In this document: piece after piece, positions 7,147 through 16,776 of the stretch
How positions within the stretch are numbered: the first letter of the stretch is position 1
Layout of the letters: every line of letters starts with the position of its first letter
Source of the DNA: a virus
Taxonomy: Duplodnaviria; Caudoviricetes
Virus record (IMG/VR): IMGVR_UViG_3300032117_000037
Coordinates: 1-54,713 of that record
Strand: one strand, 5' to 3'
Length of the DNA: 54,713 nt
The notes under the pieces: generated by a model
Seen by the model: only the letters and a program-made list of their open reading frames with translations
Told to the model about the DNA's origin: nothing
Database searches by the model: none
Made by a program: the position numbers and the translations under genes

Positions 7147-9965
7147 CTTGGGTTTCCATATTGATCAAATTTAATTACATTTTTAGGACTAGATGTTCCA
7201 TATAATGATTCATTTACTTTTCCAGTGTTAACAAATTCATCATTAATAGATTTTGCTTTATCTATAAGACCTTGTAAATGCTGTCTAGCAGTTTGAATTC
7301 TTTGCATTCTTACTTGATTTGTTAAGTCTGAATTAGAAATATCACCAATAGCTTCTTGTAATGCATTAAATTCACTTTGATTTAAACGACCTTGCAATTT
7401 AGGTAATTCAACAACTAAACTATTTTTCAACATTTTAAGTTGGTTGAGTGCTTGATTTCCTTCAGAGTTTGTCATTCTTCCAATTGGACCTGCAGCAATT
7501 CTACCTGGCATAGGTCCATCAGGTGCTTTTGAAAGATATTGCTCCATTAAGTTAAGTGTATTAATACCAGCTTGTGCTGTCTCAGCTGATTTATTTGCTG
7601 GATCTACAATACTTTTTTGTAAAGATTTTTGTGCAGGAGTTTGGAATCCTTCCATTTTTAAGTTTTCTCTTGCATTCTTATCTTGTGCAAGCATTAGCAT
7701 CATATTGTGTTGAAATGCATCTTCTTTTAATTTATTTGCTGCAATTTCTTTTTTAGCAGCAATTTCACTTAAAGTAGCTCCAATTTTTTGATGACGATCT
7801 TCATCGGCTTTAGTTGCTTCATAAGCATATTTATTAATTGCTTCTTGATCTGCTTCATTTTGAGCTTGTTGTTTGCTATAAAAGTCAAGACCTTCTGGAG
7901 CACCCTTACCTATATTCACTAAAGCATATGGAGATGTTCCTGCCATCATGCCAAGACCAGCTCTTAATAACGCTTCTCCAGACATGGTTTTTTGACGACC
8001 TTCCATAATGTCTTGAAGATGTTTTTGACCTGCTTTTAATGATTCAGATACTTCATTTTTAGGATCCAAATATTCTTCCCACATTTTTTGTTCTAAAGAA
8101 GAGCTAGAAAATTTGTTTGGATCTGTAATAGGTGTTACAACGTTATCCGAAACAGGAGCTTTATTAGATATTTCATGGCTAACTTGTGGAGATTTTTTAA
8201 ATGAATCATAAATAGACTTAGCTGTTACAGTTGGAGCAGAATATGTAGGAGATCCTGATGCATTAGCTTTAGTAAAATCATCATAAGGATCACTTGGTTG
8301 AACTACTACAGGAGCAGGTTTTACTGGAGCATTCTTATTAAATTTAGAAATATCAAACATTCCCGTGTCTGGATTTATTGTCGTAGGCGTAAATTTTTCT
8401 TGTTCTGGATATGTGTTAGGGGTATCATCAGTGTGTGCATTAGCTCCAGAAGCTGATTTTAAAAGTTTTATAATACTTGGATCTTCTTTTTGTGATGCAA
8501 GTTTAAGACTTGAAGAGTCATCTGGTGAAGGAACTAAACTATCATCTTTACCTGCAAAGGCTAATAAACCACCACCAGCTGCCTTCATGGTTGTAAGATC
8601 AGGAGGTGTTGCAATAGCACCCACTCCCATTCTATCTTGAGGTGGCATTGGTTGCATAGATTGTTGTGCTAATATCTTTGGAGATTCAGGATTAGATTTT
8701 AATCTTTGATCTTCTTGTTGATAACCATTAGCTACTAATTTAGCTAAAGGACTAGCATATTGACTTTGTTCTACTGCATTAAGCTGTTCTGGTGAAAACA
8801 TACTCATAGGAATACCACCAGCAGCTTTCATTACACCGCCTTCTTTAGCTTTAATAACTCCACCTTTAGCTTTTAAAATTCCAGTAGCATTAGCCATACC
8901 AGCTAAACCAATACCAGCAGTACCTAAACCAGCAGCTTGTGAAATAAGGCTTGGAGGAGCTTGGTACATAGACGTTGTAGATTGTTGCATTGGTAAACCA
9001 CGTAACATAGAGTTAAGTACACCCAATTGCATGTATGGATATTGTTGTGCTGTAGCGTAGTTTTGAATAGCTTGGTTGATAATGTTTTGTTGTTGTGTTT
9101 GTTGTTGAGCACCTTGTTGGGCTTGAGTGCCAAGAATACTTTGTTGAGCAGCCAATTCTTGACCACCAAGACCTGCCAATTGATTTGCACCAGCCATTTG
9201 TGAAGCAAGTGCTTGAGCTTGAGCTTGTTGACCTTGAAGGCCTAAGTTGGCACCAAATTGTTGTGCTTGTTGTGCATTTTGGAATGCAGTATTGTAACCT
9301 TGTGAGATCAATTGATTTTGAGCTAACATTTGGTTTTGTGCATTAAGTGAATTCATAAGTGCTTCACGTGATCCACCAAAAGCTCCTGCTTGAGTTGCAC
9401 CGCTTTGTTCTTGTTGACCTGCTATACCATATTGCTGATTAGCTAATTGAAGTTGAGGTGCTAATGAAGCCTGAATGTATGGATTCATATAAGCATTAAC
9501 AGAAGCTGGGTTAGTTGCTTGGTTTGCGTAATTTTGACCAGTCATACCCATTTGTTGACCTAATCCACCAAGCTGTCTATTTACACCCATGGTTTGACCC
9601 ATCGCTTGATTATAAGCACCAGGTACTTGAAGATTAGCAGCAGAAGATTGTGCTTGTTGTTGTAATGGTGAGAAACCAGCTACGTAGTTTGCAGGATTAT
9701 TACTGTATGGCGTATAAGCATTAAAGCCTGTACCAGATGGATTATATACTTGTGCTTGAGCAGCATTAAGCATATTCATAACATATGGCTGTGCATAGTC
9801 AGGAATATTGGTATTCATCACCGTAGTTTGTGTAGGAGCAGATGCTGGTGGTGGAGATCCTCCCCATAGCACAAAGCCCATGTTTGTCATGAAACCATTG
9901 ACAAGCCAATAAAGCTTATCTTTTAATGAGTTTCCATGTCCTACGTCTATGCCAAATAACTTCAT
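7143..9965 (-). CDS. internal virion / ejection protein (Gln/Ala/Gly-rich)
   Basis: YMNPY, GAFGGSR and Q-rich coiled regions; leader ending W-GGS; multiple KxxGG motifs. Confidence 0.7.
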   Translation of the reverse strand: MKLFGIDVGHGNSLKDKLYWLVNGFMTNMGFVLWGGSPPPASAPTQTTVMNTNIPDYAQPYVMNMLNAAQAQVYNPSGTGFNAYTPYSNNPANYVAGFSPLQQQAQSSAANLQVPGAYNQAMGQTMGVNRQLGGLGQQMGMTGQNYANQATNPASVNAYMNPYIQASLAPQLQLANQQYGIAGQQEQSGATQAGAFGGSREALMNSLNAQNQMLAQNQLISQGYNTAFQNAQQAQQFGANLGLQGQQAQAQALASQMAGANQLAGLGGQELAAQQSILGTQAQQGAQQQTQQQNIINQAIQNYATAQQYPYMQLGVLNSMLRGLPMQQSTTSMYQAPPSLISQAAGLGTAGIGLAGMANATGILKAKGGVIKAKEGGVMKAAGGIPMSMFSPEQLNAVEQSQYASPLAKLVANGYQQEDQRLKSNPESPKILAQQSMQPMPPQDRMGVGAIATPPDLTTMKAAGGGLLAFAGKDDSLVPSPDDSSSLKLASQKEDPSIIKLLKSASGANAHTDDTPNTYPEQEKFTPTTINPDTGMFDISKFNKNAPVKPAPVVVQPSDPYDDFTKANASGSPTYSAPTVTAKSIYDSFKKSPQVSHEISNKAPVSDNVVTPITDPNKFSSSSLEQKMWEEYLDPKNEVSESLKAGQKHLQDIMEGRQKTMSGEALLRAGLGMMAGTSPYALVNIGKGAPEGLDFYSKQQAQNEADQEAINKYAYEATKADEDRHQKIGATLSEIAAKKEIAANKLKEDAFQHNMMLMLAQDKNARENLKMEGFQTPAQKSLQKSIVDPANKSAETAQAGINTLNLMEQYLSKAPDGPMPGRIAAGPIGRMTNSEGNQALNQLKMLKNSLVVELPKLQGRLNQSEFNALQEAIGDISNSDLTNQVRMQRIQTARQHLQGLIDKAKSINDEFVNTGKVNESLYGTSSPKNVIKFDQYGNPR

Positions 9966-9968
9966 AAT

Positions 9969-10421
9969 CTATCCTTGAATTGTCTTTGTGTATATCTTAT
10001 CTGTGAATTTATAACCTAAATATTCTAATAACCTTGAATTATCCAAATGGACTTTTGTATGAATTAACATACGATTAACGCCTATGCGTTTTAACGCTTC
10101 TTCTGCATATTGAAACATCTTGATTCCAACACGACCTTTTCTGTATTCTGGCTTTAAGTAATACACATCTTCATAAGCCATCTTACAAGATTTGTAATGA
10201 GGATTAGATTGTATGAAAAAAGCCATATAACCTATAAGTTCACCATCATTTCTTACTGTAATCGTTCTTAACATTCCTGCTTGTGCAAAACGATCATAAG
10301 AATCCCAATCAGGATCAAATGGAAATTCTTTACTTACGCATAGCTCTTCGTAATGAGCTGGAAGAACTCTCATGAATTCTTCTTTAAACTGCGTTCCGTC
10401 AACGTCCTCGTATACTATCAT
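9969..10421 (-). CDS. GNAT-family acyltransferase
   Basis: YYLKPEYRKGRVGIKMF acetyl-CoA-binding motif; LLEYLGY; lies among ejection genes. Confidence 0.85.
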   Translation of the reverse strand: MIVYEDVDGTQFKEEFMRVLPAHYEELCVSKEFPFDPDWDSYDRFAQAGMLRTITVRNDGELIGYMAFFIQSNPHYKSCKMAYEDVYYLKPEYRKGRVGIKMFQYAEEALKRIGVNRMLIHTKVHLDNSRLLEYLGYKFTDKIYTKTIQG

Positions 10422-10936
10422 GCGTTTGGTGGAGGCGTTTGTCCTGACATCATATTAAGTTGACTTAAAGCATCAGGTCCTGTTGTATTTGGAGGAGGTG
10501 CTACATTACTTGTTTGACCAGCTGTTGTATTGTTTGGATTCCAACCACCAAAACCATTGCCATATTGATTAAATCCACCATAAGTATTTCCATATGGACT
10601 CCATTGACCAAAGCTTCCACCATATGGATTCACTTGACCCATATTAAACATAGGTTGTTGTTGATTGCCATATGGAACATTCACTGGATTATTAGATCCT
10701 TGTGGAGCGTATGGGTTAGTTTGGTAATTTTGAAATGCACCTGAATTAACAAGCTGTGAAAGAATACCAGCTATGCCACTTGATGTTCCTGTATTTGCAC
10801 CAAGCGTTCCATAATTTGGTTGATATGGTGAATTAGGTGGAGGCGTAGTTGTAGGGCCTGTCATATTAATGTTTGGTCCATTATAATCAGATGTTACTTG
10901 TTGAACTACTGGTGCTGGTGATGATGATCCGCCCAT
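10418..10936 (-). CDS. putative small ejection/pilot protein (low complexity, MGGS N-terminus)
   Basis: N/Q/P/G/Y-rich; AAGGA RBS. Confidence 0.55.
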   Translation of the reverse strand: MGGSSSPAPVVQQVTSDYNGPNINMTGPTTTPPPNSPYQPNYGTLGANTGTSSGIAGILSQLVNSGAFQNYQTNPYAPQGSNNPVNVPYGNQQQPMFNMGQVNPYGGSFGQWSPYGNTYGGFNQYGNGFGGWNPNNTTAGQTSNVAPPPNTTGPDALSQLNMMSGQTPPPNA

Positions 10937-10946
10937 GGCTTTTCCT

Positions 10947-12485
10947 TTATGCTGGTAAAAATTTATATGCTTTAGTGTCTGCTGCTATATCTTTAGCTTT
11001 AGCACGTTTAGCTTTGATGCGATCCATCATTTCATAAAGGCGTTTAGCTCCTGCATCTGTTGAGCCATTACCAAGTTCTGAAACAATCCTAGCTGGTATT
11101 ACAAATTCACCTTCTGCTAAACGAGCTGGTTGTTTATGACCAATCGTTGCAGGAATAGAATCTGATACACCATCACCAGGTCCTTTTAAAAGTCTTCCAC
11201 CATCTGAATAATCACCTAAATGGTAATCAGGTAGTCCGTGTAATTCACCACCATGTGCATATTGACTTGGAATGATAGGGTTTGTATTAATAGCACCTAA
11301 AGTTGGGAATTTTTGCATACCTGCAAAATAACTTGATGGCATTTGAGCTAATACAGCATTAGCTGATGCGTTAGCAAGACCTGCTTGATCTGCAGGTAAA
11401 TTAGCTGTGCCTGATTTGTCTACATAAACTGTAGATTCAACCTTAGGCATTTCTTTAGCAGTCCGTTTAAACATTCCAGCACCTTTGTTAATATCTTCAA
11501 TAGCTGTTTTTTCTGCTGCTAATACATCTTTTTTACTTGATGGTGCAATGTCACTTAAATCTGTTTCTCCAGCATCAGCATATTTATGCACATCCATAAG
11601 TCCACCTTTTTTAGCTGCATATGGATTATAAGGACTTGCAGCATAATTAGCATAAGTAGCTTGATATGCTGGATTGGGTTGTGCTGGGAGCATGGGTTGA
11701 AAATTAGGCGAATTATATTTTAATTGATTAGCAGAAGGCACGCTTGATTGAGTAGCTACAGGACCACTTGTTTGTGAAGAAGATAATCCTTGTAAACCAG
11801 CCAAAGCTGCAGGAGCTAATGATTTTAATACGTCCATTCCAACACCTGGTCCAGAAGATAAAAAGTCTCCTGGGTGCGTTACAGCGTTTACAATTCCAGA
11901 ACCCAATCTATTTAAACTAGGTGTATTTGGACCTGCAGTAGGTGTAGCAGTTGGTGTTGCAGAAGGAAGCCCTTGTGGTGTTGTATTGTAGTTTGGTGCG
12001 ATCTGTGGTTGTGCATCAGGAGTTAAAACAGGTTGACCTGTAGTTGGATCAAGAGCTGGTGTAGATGTAGGTGGTGGAGTTTCTACTGGAGCTGCTCCAA
12101 AATTACTAAGATCTGAACCTAATTGACCACCGCTATAAGCACCAAAACCAGCCATAATGCCTTGTCCTAAAGATCCTGTTATAGCATAGTCACCAAGACC
12201 AATAGCAGCAGATGTTAATAATCCAGCTTGTGATGCTGTTAAACCAGCGTCTACTAAAGCAGGGTCAAGAGTCACTGCACCTAAAGCACCTAATGCCATT
12301 GGTAAAATAGCACTTAAGAATCCAGCTTCTGGAAGTCCTGTTTTAGGATTAACAGTTAGTGAATGTCCATGAGCTTTAGCAAGTTCATTAAGGGCGTGTA
12401 ATTCCCCAGTCGTCATATGGACTAAGTGGTCATCATCTCCACGACCTTGGGATTGTAAATGTTGGGCTGCTAAATGTAGACTCAT
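10947..12485 (-). CDS. internal virion protein with related N- and C-terminal domains
   Basis: GRGDD..LVHMTTGE...NPKTGLPEA and GPGDGVSDSIPA...LAEGEFVIPA motifs; hydrophobic Gly-rich helices. Confidence 0.65.
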   Translation of the reverse strand: MSLHLAAQHLQSQGRGDDDHLVHMTTGELHALNELAKAHGHSLTVNPKTGLPEAGFLSAILPMALGALGAVTLDPALVDAGLTASQAGLLTSAAIGLGDYAITGSLGQGIMAGFGAYSGGQLGSDLSNFGAAPVETPPPTSTPALDPTTGQPVLTPDAQPQIAPNYNTTPQGLPSATPTATPTAGPNTPSLNRLGSGIVNAVTHPGDFLSSGPGVGMDVLKSLAPAALAGLQGLSSSQTSGPVATQSSVPSANQLKYNSPNFQPMLPAQPNPAYQATYANYAASPYNPYAAKKGGLMDVHKYADAGETDLSDIAPSSKKDVLAAEKTAIEDINKGAGMFKRTAKEMPKVESTVYVDKSGTANLPADQAGLANASANAVLAQMPSSYFAGMQKFPTLGAINTNPIIPSQYAHGGELHGLPDYHLGDYSDGGRLLKGPGDGVSDSIPATIGHKQPARLAEGEFVIPARIVSELGNGSTDAGAKRLYEMMDRIKAKRAKAKDIAADTKAYKFLPA

Positions 12486-12517
12486 AATTTCACCATTATA
12501 TAATATTTTACAGGGTT

Positions 12518-12802
12518 TTACACAGTTGTGCCACTAGAATTCACCCAATTTGTGCCGTTATACCAGATTGGGATACCTAAAGTGGTATCAAAGTATGTTT
12601 GTCCGATAGAAAGACCTTGATTAGGTCTATTTGCAGTCGTTCCATATGCTGGAACTACCACTGCACGAGTAAAGCTATCTATTGTATTAAAGTAAAGACG
12701 TAATGCGTTAGAGAACTTATCTTGTGTTAATGCACTGTATTCTGGTGGGGCTAACGGTAAGTTAGGTGCAATCGTTGGAATTAGTTTGTTATCAAAAGCC
12801 AT
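12518..12802 (-). CDS. small tail protein (needle/plug-like)
   Basis: PNLPLAP.EY...LRLYFN N-terminus; C-terminal GTTANRP...YFDTTLG.PIWYNG fibre-type motif; directly after the nozzle gene. Confidence 0.55.
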   Translation of the reverse strand: MAFDNKLIPTIAPNLPLAPPEYSALTQDKFSNALRLYFNTIDSFTRAVVVPAYGTTANRPNQGLSIGQTYFDTTLGIPIWYNGTNWVNSSGTTV

Positions 12803-15159
12803 TATCTTCTACCATCTGGTTTAACATCAATACGAGGCACACCAAGTTGCCATGCCACACCTAGTCCTGTAGATGTAATATTAAATGCCATTTGACGAGC
12901 ACGAAGTCTAGTATAAACTTCACCACTAAATTGTTGGATTGGATACTCTGAAACTGATGTATAGTTATTTGCACTTATCACAGAATCAACATCTGAAGTA
13001 ACTACAGTAGCACCTGAATTTTGACGGCCATATAAGGTCATGGTGACAGACGGATTATTGACTGTAGATCCGTTAAAGTTTACATCAGGTAACATACGCC
13101 ATACAAAGCCTAAATGGTCTCCAGCATCAATACCAAAATCAGAAGACTGTATGTAAGAAGTAATAGGTTGTGGGCTTGATGTTGAAACATCATCTGTACC
13201 AACCTCATGATAAAGAAGCCTATTATTATAATCTGCTGCTACTGGGTATGGGTTAATACCATATTGTAACCATGCAGTACGAGCCATTGTTCCATATGTC
13301 CAAACCTTATCTAAATAGTTGTAAATCACATATTTGTCAATTTGATTTGAACCACTTGAGTTACTTACATAGAACCACCAAACTTCGTTATAGCCCTCAT
13401 TAGATCCAGAAAAGACTTGGAATGATTGGTTAGTATTGATGTCATCAAATACATACTGACGTAATGAACATGGTAATGTGGAAACAGTACCGTTATACAT
13501 ATAGAATTTATCTTTACCCATCCAATAAGTTACGTTATTAACTGTGACTGCTGAATTAGGTGACATGATAGAAATATTATCCATCAATACTTGGAATGAC
13601 CAAACATAAGGGAATCCAATATACTGCATAGAGTAAAGACAAGAATCAGTCCAAATCAATATTTCTTGACGTGTAGTTTGAGATTGCATAATGTAAGAAC
13701 CATTCGTCAATTGGAACTCACCAGATTGATTTGTGGTACTTGGTACCCAAGTAAATTGGTTAGCTTGATCTGACCAACGTACAAGCATGGGATTGAATGC
13801 TGTGTTTGGGTTTGATGGGTTATAAGAATTAGCACCCATAGCAATTAAGAATTGTTGGATAGGAGCTGATAAAATTTGATTAGTTTCTAATGGAACAAAC
13901 TGTTGATAGGTATAAGATGTTCCAGGTACAGTAGAATTAGATGCTAAGCTACTTAAAGCTACAGCACGAGTAGATACGCCATTTGCAGCTACCCAATAGT
14001 AAATAGGTCCACCACGAGGTGCTATGGCTAAGTCTGCACCATAGTTATCATTTGTCCAAAGTCTTAATTGTAGAGCTATACCAGATGTATAACCTGTGCC
14101 CCAACCACGAGATCCTTCTTGCACATTAATATAAACAGAAGATCCACCACCTGTAGCTGATGATGTGGCTTTGTATGAATTAGGTAAAGTAATTGTAAAT
14201 CCAGCAGCCGATATATTGGATATTTGGAATGTATTATTTAGCACAGCTGCAGGAACGCCTCCTACAGAAGCTGCTCCACTCAATGCTACGGTAACTATAG
14301 CTGCAGTACCTGAACCTGTACCAACATTAGTAGCAGTAAAGACGGTGCCTACAGCTGTTGAAGATGCACCAATAGATGTCCAGTTTGTTGTGCCAGACGC
14401 TACAATTTGATATTGTTGACCTACGACTAAAGCGGTTGCATTGACAATAAAAGTATTTGAGAAAGCAATAGTAACTGTAGAACTTGATGCAGTGGTCGTA
14501 ATTGGATTAGCACTCATCAAGACAGGTGATGTAGTATCTCCACCCCAAGGACCAGATCCCCATCCCGTGCCTACTGTTTCTGTGACTAGACCTACTGGAT
14601 ATTCATATTGAGCTGTGACTGTGCCTCCACCTGTGGCTGTAGAAGAAGCCGCATTAGATGAAGTGACTGTGTATTGAGTAGCATTTAAAAAAGATGCAAC
14701 GATATATTCATTATTGGCATTAATACCAGAAGTGGCAATGTTGATACCGCCTACATTTGATGTAGCTGAAAGAAGAACATAATCACCTACATTAGGTGAA
14801 TAGTTACCATCTGTAATAGTTAACACATATGAAGAAGCAACAGTAGCAATAGCTGCTGTGAGTGAACTTGTATAAGATATAGGTGTAATGTCATTATAAG
14901 TACCACCAAAGTAAATATAATACTTAGAGCTAGTTCCTACACCAATATAGCTTGAAAGACCGTTAAGATTAATCCATGACCATAAAGCACGGCAAACACC
15001 TACATATTGACTTGGATTAACCTGAACCCAGCCACCAATTTTTTCTGGAAGACCTGATCTAAAACGAACTTTATCAGAAAGATAAAATCCACCTTCGTTA
15101 CTGTAATCAGTACCTTCTCGGTTAACGCCTGGTCTATATGTGAGTTTTTGTAATGGCAT
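12802..15159 (-). CDS. tail nozzle / packaged-DNA stabilisation protein (P22 gp10-like)
   Basis: Size, position, VRWSDQ and NEVWWFY motifs, C-terminus PDGRR; beta-rich insertions. Confidence 0.75.
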   Translation of the reverse strand: MPLQKLTYRPGVNREGTDYSNEGGFYLSDKVRFRSGLPEKIGGWVQVNPSQYVGVCRALWSWINLNGLSSYIGVGTSSKYYIYFGGTYNDITPISYTSSLTAAIATVASSYVLTITDGNYSPNVGDYVLLSATSNVGGINIATSGINANNEYIVASFLNATQYTVTSSNAASSTATGGGTVTAQYEYPVGLVTETVGTGWGSGPWGGDTTSPVLMSANPITTTASSSTVTIAFSNTFIVNATALVVGQQYQIVASGTTNWTSIGASSTAVGTVFTATNVGTGSGTAAIVTVALSGAASVGGVPAAVLNNTFQISNISAAGFTITLPNSYKATSSATGGGSSVYINVQEGSRGWGTGYTSGIALQLRLWTNDNYGADLAIAPRGGPIYYWVAANGVSTRAVALSSLASNSTVPGTSYTYQQFVPLETNQILSAPIQQFLIAMGANSYNPSNPNTAFNPMLVRWSDQANQFTWVPSTTNQSGEFQLTNGSYIMQSQTTRQEILIWTDSCLYSMQYIGFPYVWSFQVLMDNISIMSPNSAVTVNNVTYWMGKDKFYMYNGTVSTLPCSLRQYVFDDINTNQSFQVFSGSNEGYNEVWWFYVSNSSGSNQIDKYVIYNYLDKVWTYGTMARTAWLQYGINPYPVAADYNNRLLYHEVGTDDVSTSSPQPITSYIQSSDFGIDAGDHLGFVWRMLPDVNFNGSTVNNPSVTMTLYGRQNSGATVVTSDVDSVISANNYTSVSEYPIQQFSGEVYTRLRARQMAFNITSTGLGVAWQLGVPRIDVKPDGRR

Positions 15160-15160
15160 A

Positions 15161-15748
15161 TTATTCTAGTACGTCTAATACCTTATTAATTTTCATAACA
15201 CGATCATCAAGGCCAAGTATACCGCCATTAATGCGTTTTGTCATATTTGTGTAGTCTTGTGCATCAGCTAAAATGTTTAGCCCATGTTTGTTCCAGAACC
15301 AGCCAGCAGACAATACAGCCCCAGTAGGTTCAGAAATAAGGTCAGGATTATCCAAAAGATCCAAGCCCAATGCTTCTCCACAATTCTTGTAATTATCTTT
15401 ACCAGTGATTTGTATAACACCACGACCAATGTATTTGAATCCATCTCCATCCTCCGTGTTACCCATACGTCCTGCATAAACTTTATTAGCAATCTTTTCT
15501 TGATTATGGGCATATTGATTCGCTGTATCAAGATCAGGAAAACGACTAGGCCATGTTTTCATAAGTGATTCAGCACTATAATTAAGGTTTTCTTTTACAA
15601 ACTTAAAGTTACCAGATTCATGTTGGCATTGACCAATAAATGCAGCAATACGTCTATTAGAATCTAAAGCATATTTTTTAAGTGCTTGATTGATAGGGTC
15701 AAGCCATTTTAAGTCTATACCAAGCTCTTGTAATTGAGATTCGTTCAT
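15161..15748 (-). CDS. endolysin, glycoside hydrolase family 19
   Basis: AAFIGQCQHES, ENLNYS, GRGVIQITGKDNY and TKRINGG motifs. Confidence 0.92.
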   Translation of the reverse strand: MNESQLQELGIDLKWLDPINQALKKYALDSNRRIAAFIGQCQHESGNFKFVKENLNYSAESLMKTWPSRFPDLDTANQYAHNQEKIANKVYAGRMGNTEDGDGFKYIGRGVIQITGKDNYKNCGEALGLDLLDNPDLISEPTGAVLSAGWFWNKHGLNILADAQDYTNMTKRINGGILGLDDRVMKINKVLDVLE

Positions 15749-16152
15749 TTAACACCTAATTGGAGGTTGATGAATTCTTGGAGGCTGATGACGTGTTCTG
15801 TCTCGTCTGCACAGTCTCTGGTAATAGATAAATAGTCTTTGGTTGAGCCATTAGGGAGTCTGAAGGTGTTGCTGGTGTCGGACACTGCACTGCCACTGGA
15901 ACTAGGCTTGTGCATCCCGTCATAATAAGCGTGAAGAGAATTAAGCTTTTTTTCATAGTTGTCTGTTACCTTTGTTGTTATTTCTTTTTGTTGAGCTAAT
16001 ACGACTTTGTTGTGTTCTTCTTGGATTTTTCCTTGAGCTTCAACATCAGTCTTAAATGCTACAAATCGTAGATGTTCTACATACCATCCACCTATAGCTG
16101 CACCTGTGATAGCTATACCAAAGAATGCAAGTCTAATATATAGAAGGATCAT
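15745..16152 (-). CDS. i-spanin (Rz-like)
   Basis: N-terminal TM plus coiled coil; sits between holin and endolysin; hosts a nested lipoprotein gene. Confidence 0.75.
   Translation of the reverse strand: MILLYIRLAFFGIAITGAAIGGWYVEHLRFVAFKTDVEAQGKIQEEHNKVVLAQQKEITTKVTDNYEKKLNSLHAYYDGMHKPSSSGSAVSDTSNTFRLPNGSTKDYLSITRDCADETEHVISLQEFINLQLGVK
15756..15956 (-). CDS. o-spanin (Rz1-like lipoprotein) nested in the i-spanin gene
   Basis: MKKSLILFTLIMTG-C lipobox; Pro-rich mature part; same strand, different frame. Confidence 0.75.
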   Translation of the reverse strand: MKKSLILFTLIMTGCTSLVPVAVQCPTPATPSDSLMAQPKTIYLLPETVQTRQNTSSASKNSSTSN

Positions 16153-16379
16153 TCTTTATCTTTTTGTGTTGCTGCTTTAGCACCAATAGCTACACCACTT
16201 CCACTTAACACTGAACCAAATCCAATGCCTAATTGTGAAAAGTCAAATGATGATCCATGAAATACATGAACCAATGCACATGCTGAAAATGTGAGTACAG
16301 CTACAATTGCTACAAATCTAGCAATACAAAATGTTTGATTATCGTCTTCAGTTAAGATGTCTTTAATGAGTTTATTCAT
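16149..16379 (-). CDS. putative holin
   Basis: Two hydrophobic segments, charged C-terminus, head of the lysis cassette. Confidence 0.65.
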   Translation of the reverse strand: MNKLIKDILTEDDNQTFCIARFVAIVAVLTFSACALVHVFHGSSFDFSQLGIGFGSVLSGSGVAIGAKAATQKDKE

Positions 16380-16380
16380 A

Positions 16381-16776
16381 TTAGTTTCCTAAAGGATTTA
16401 TTGTGGCCTTACGTAATGCTTTCATTTGCTCATTCATTGAAGTAATGGCAGCATTAACTTCTTGTGTATTACCTTTTGCCATAGCAATAGCTTCTCTTGA
16501 AGTTGCTAGTGCATCAGATGATTTTTCTTGCATTCTGACAGAGGTATCTTGTAATGATGCAATACGTTCTTGTTGTGATTTAGATTGAACTTCTAATGTG
16601 TTAATGCGGGTTTGAATATCCTCCAAACCTTTAACAGATTCAATCGTTGAAACCATTTCGTTGTAACGGGTTATTGCCAAGTAAGCTCCGCCACCTATAA
16701 TCGGCAATGCGGTCAAGATTATCCCCAGTATCATTTGAGGTGATAAAGTCAATGAGAAAGTCTTGTTGTTTTCCAT
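16381..16776 (-). CDS. membrane-anchored coiled-coil protein
   Basis: N-terminal TM helix followed by heptad repeats; ends NPLGN. Confidence 0.65.
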   Translation of the reverse strand: MENNKTFSLTLSPQMILGIILTALPIIGGGAYLAITRYNEMVSTIESVKGLEDIQTRINTLEVQSKSQQERIASLQDTSVRMQEKSSDALATSREAIAMAKGNTQEVNAAITSMNEQMKALRKATINPLGN

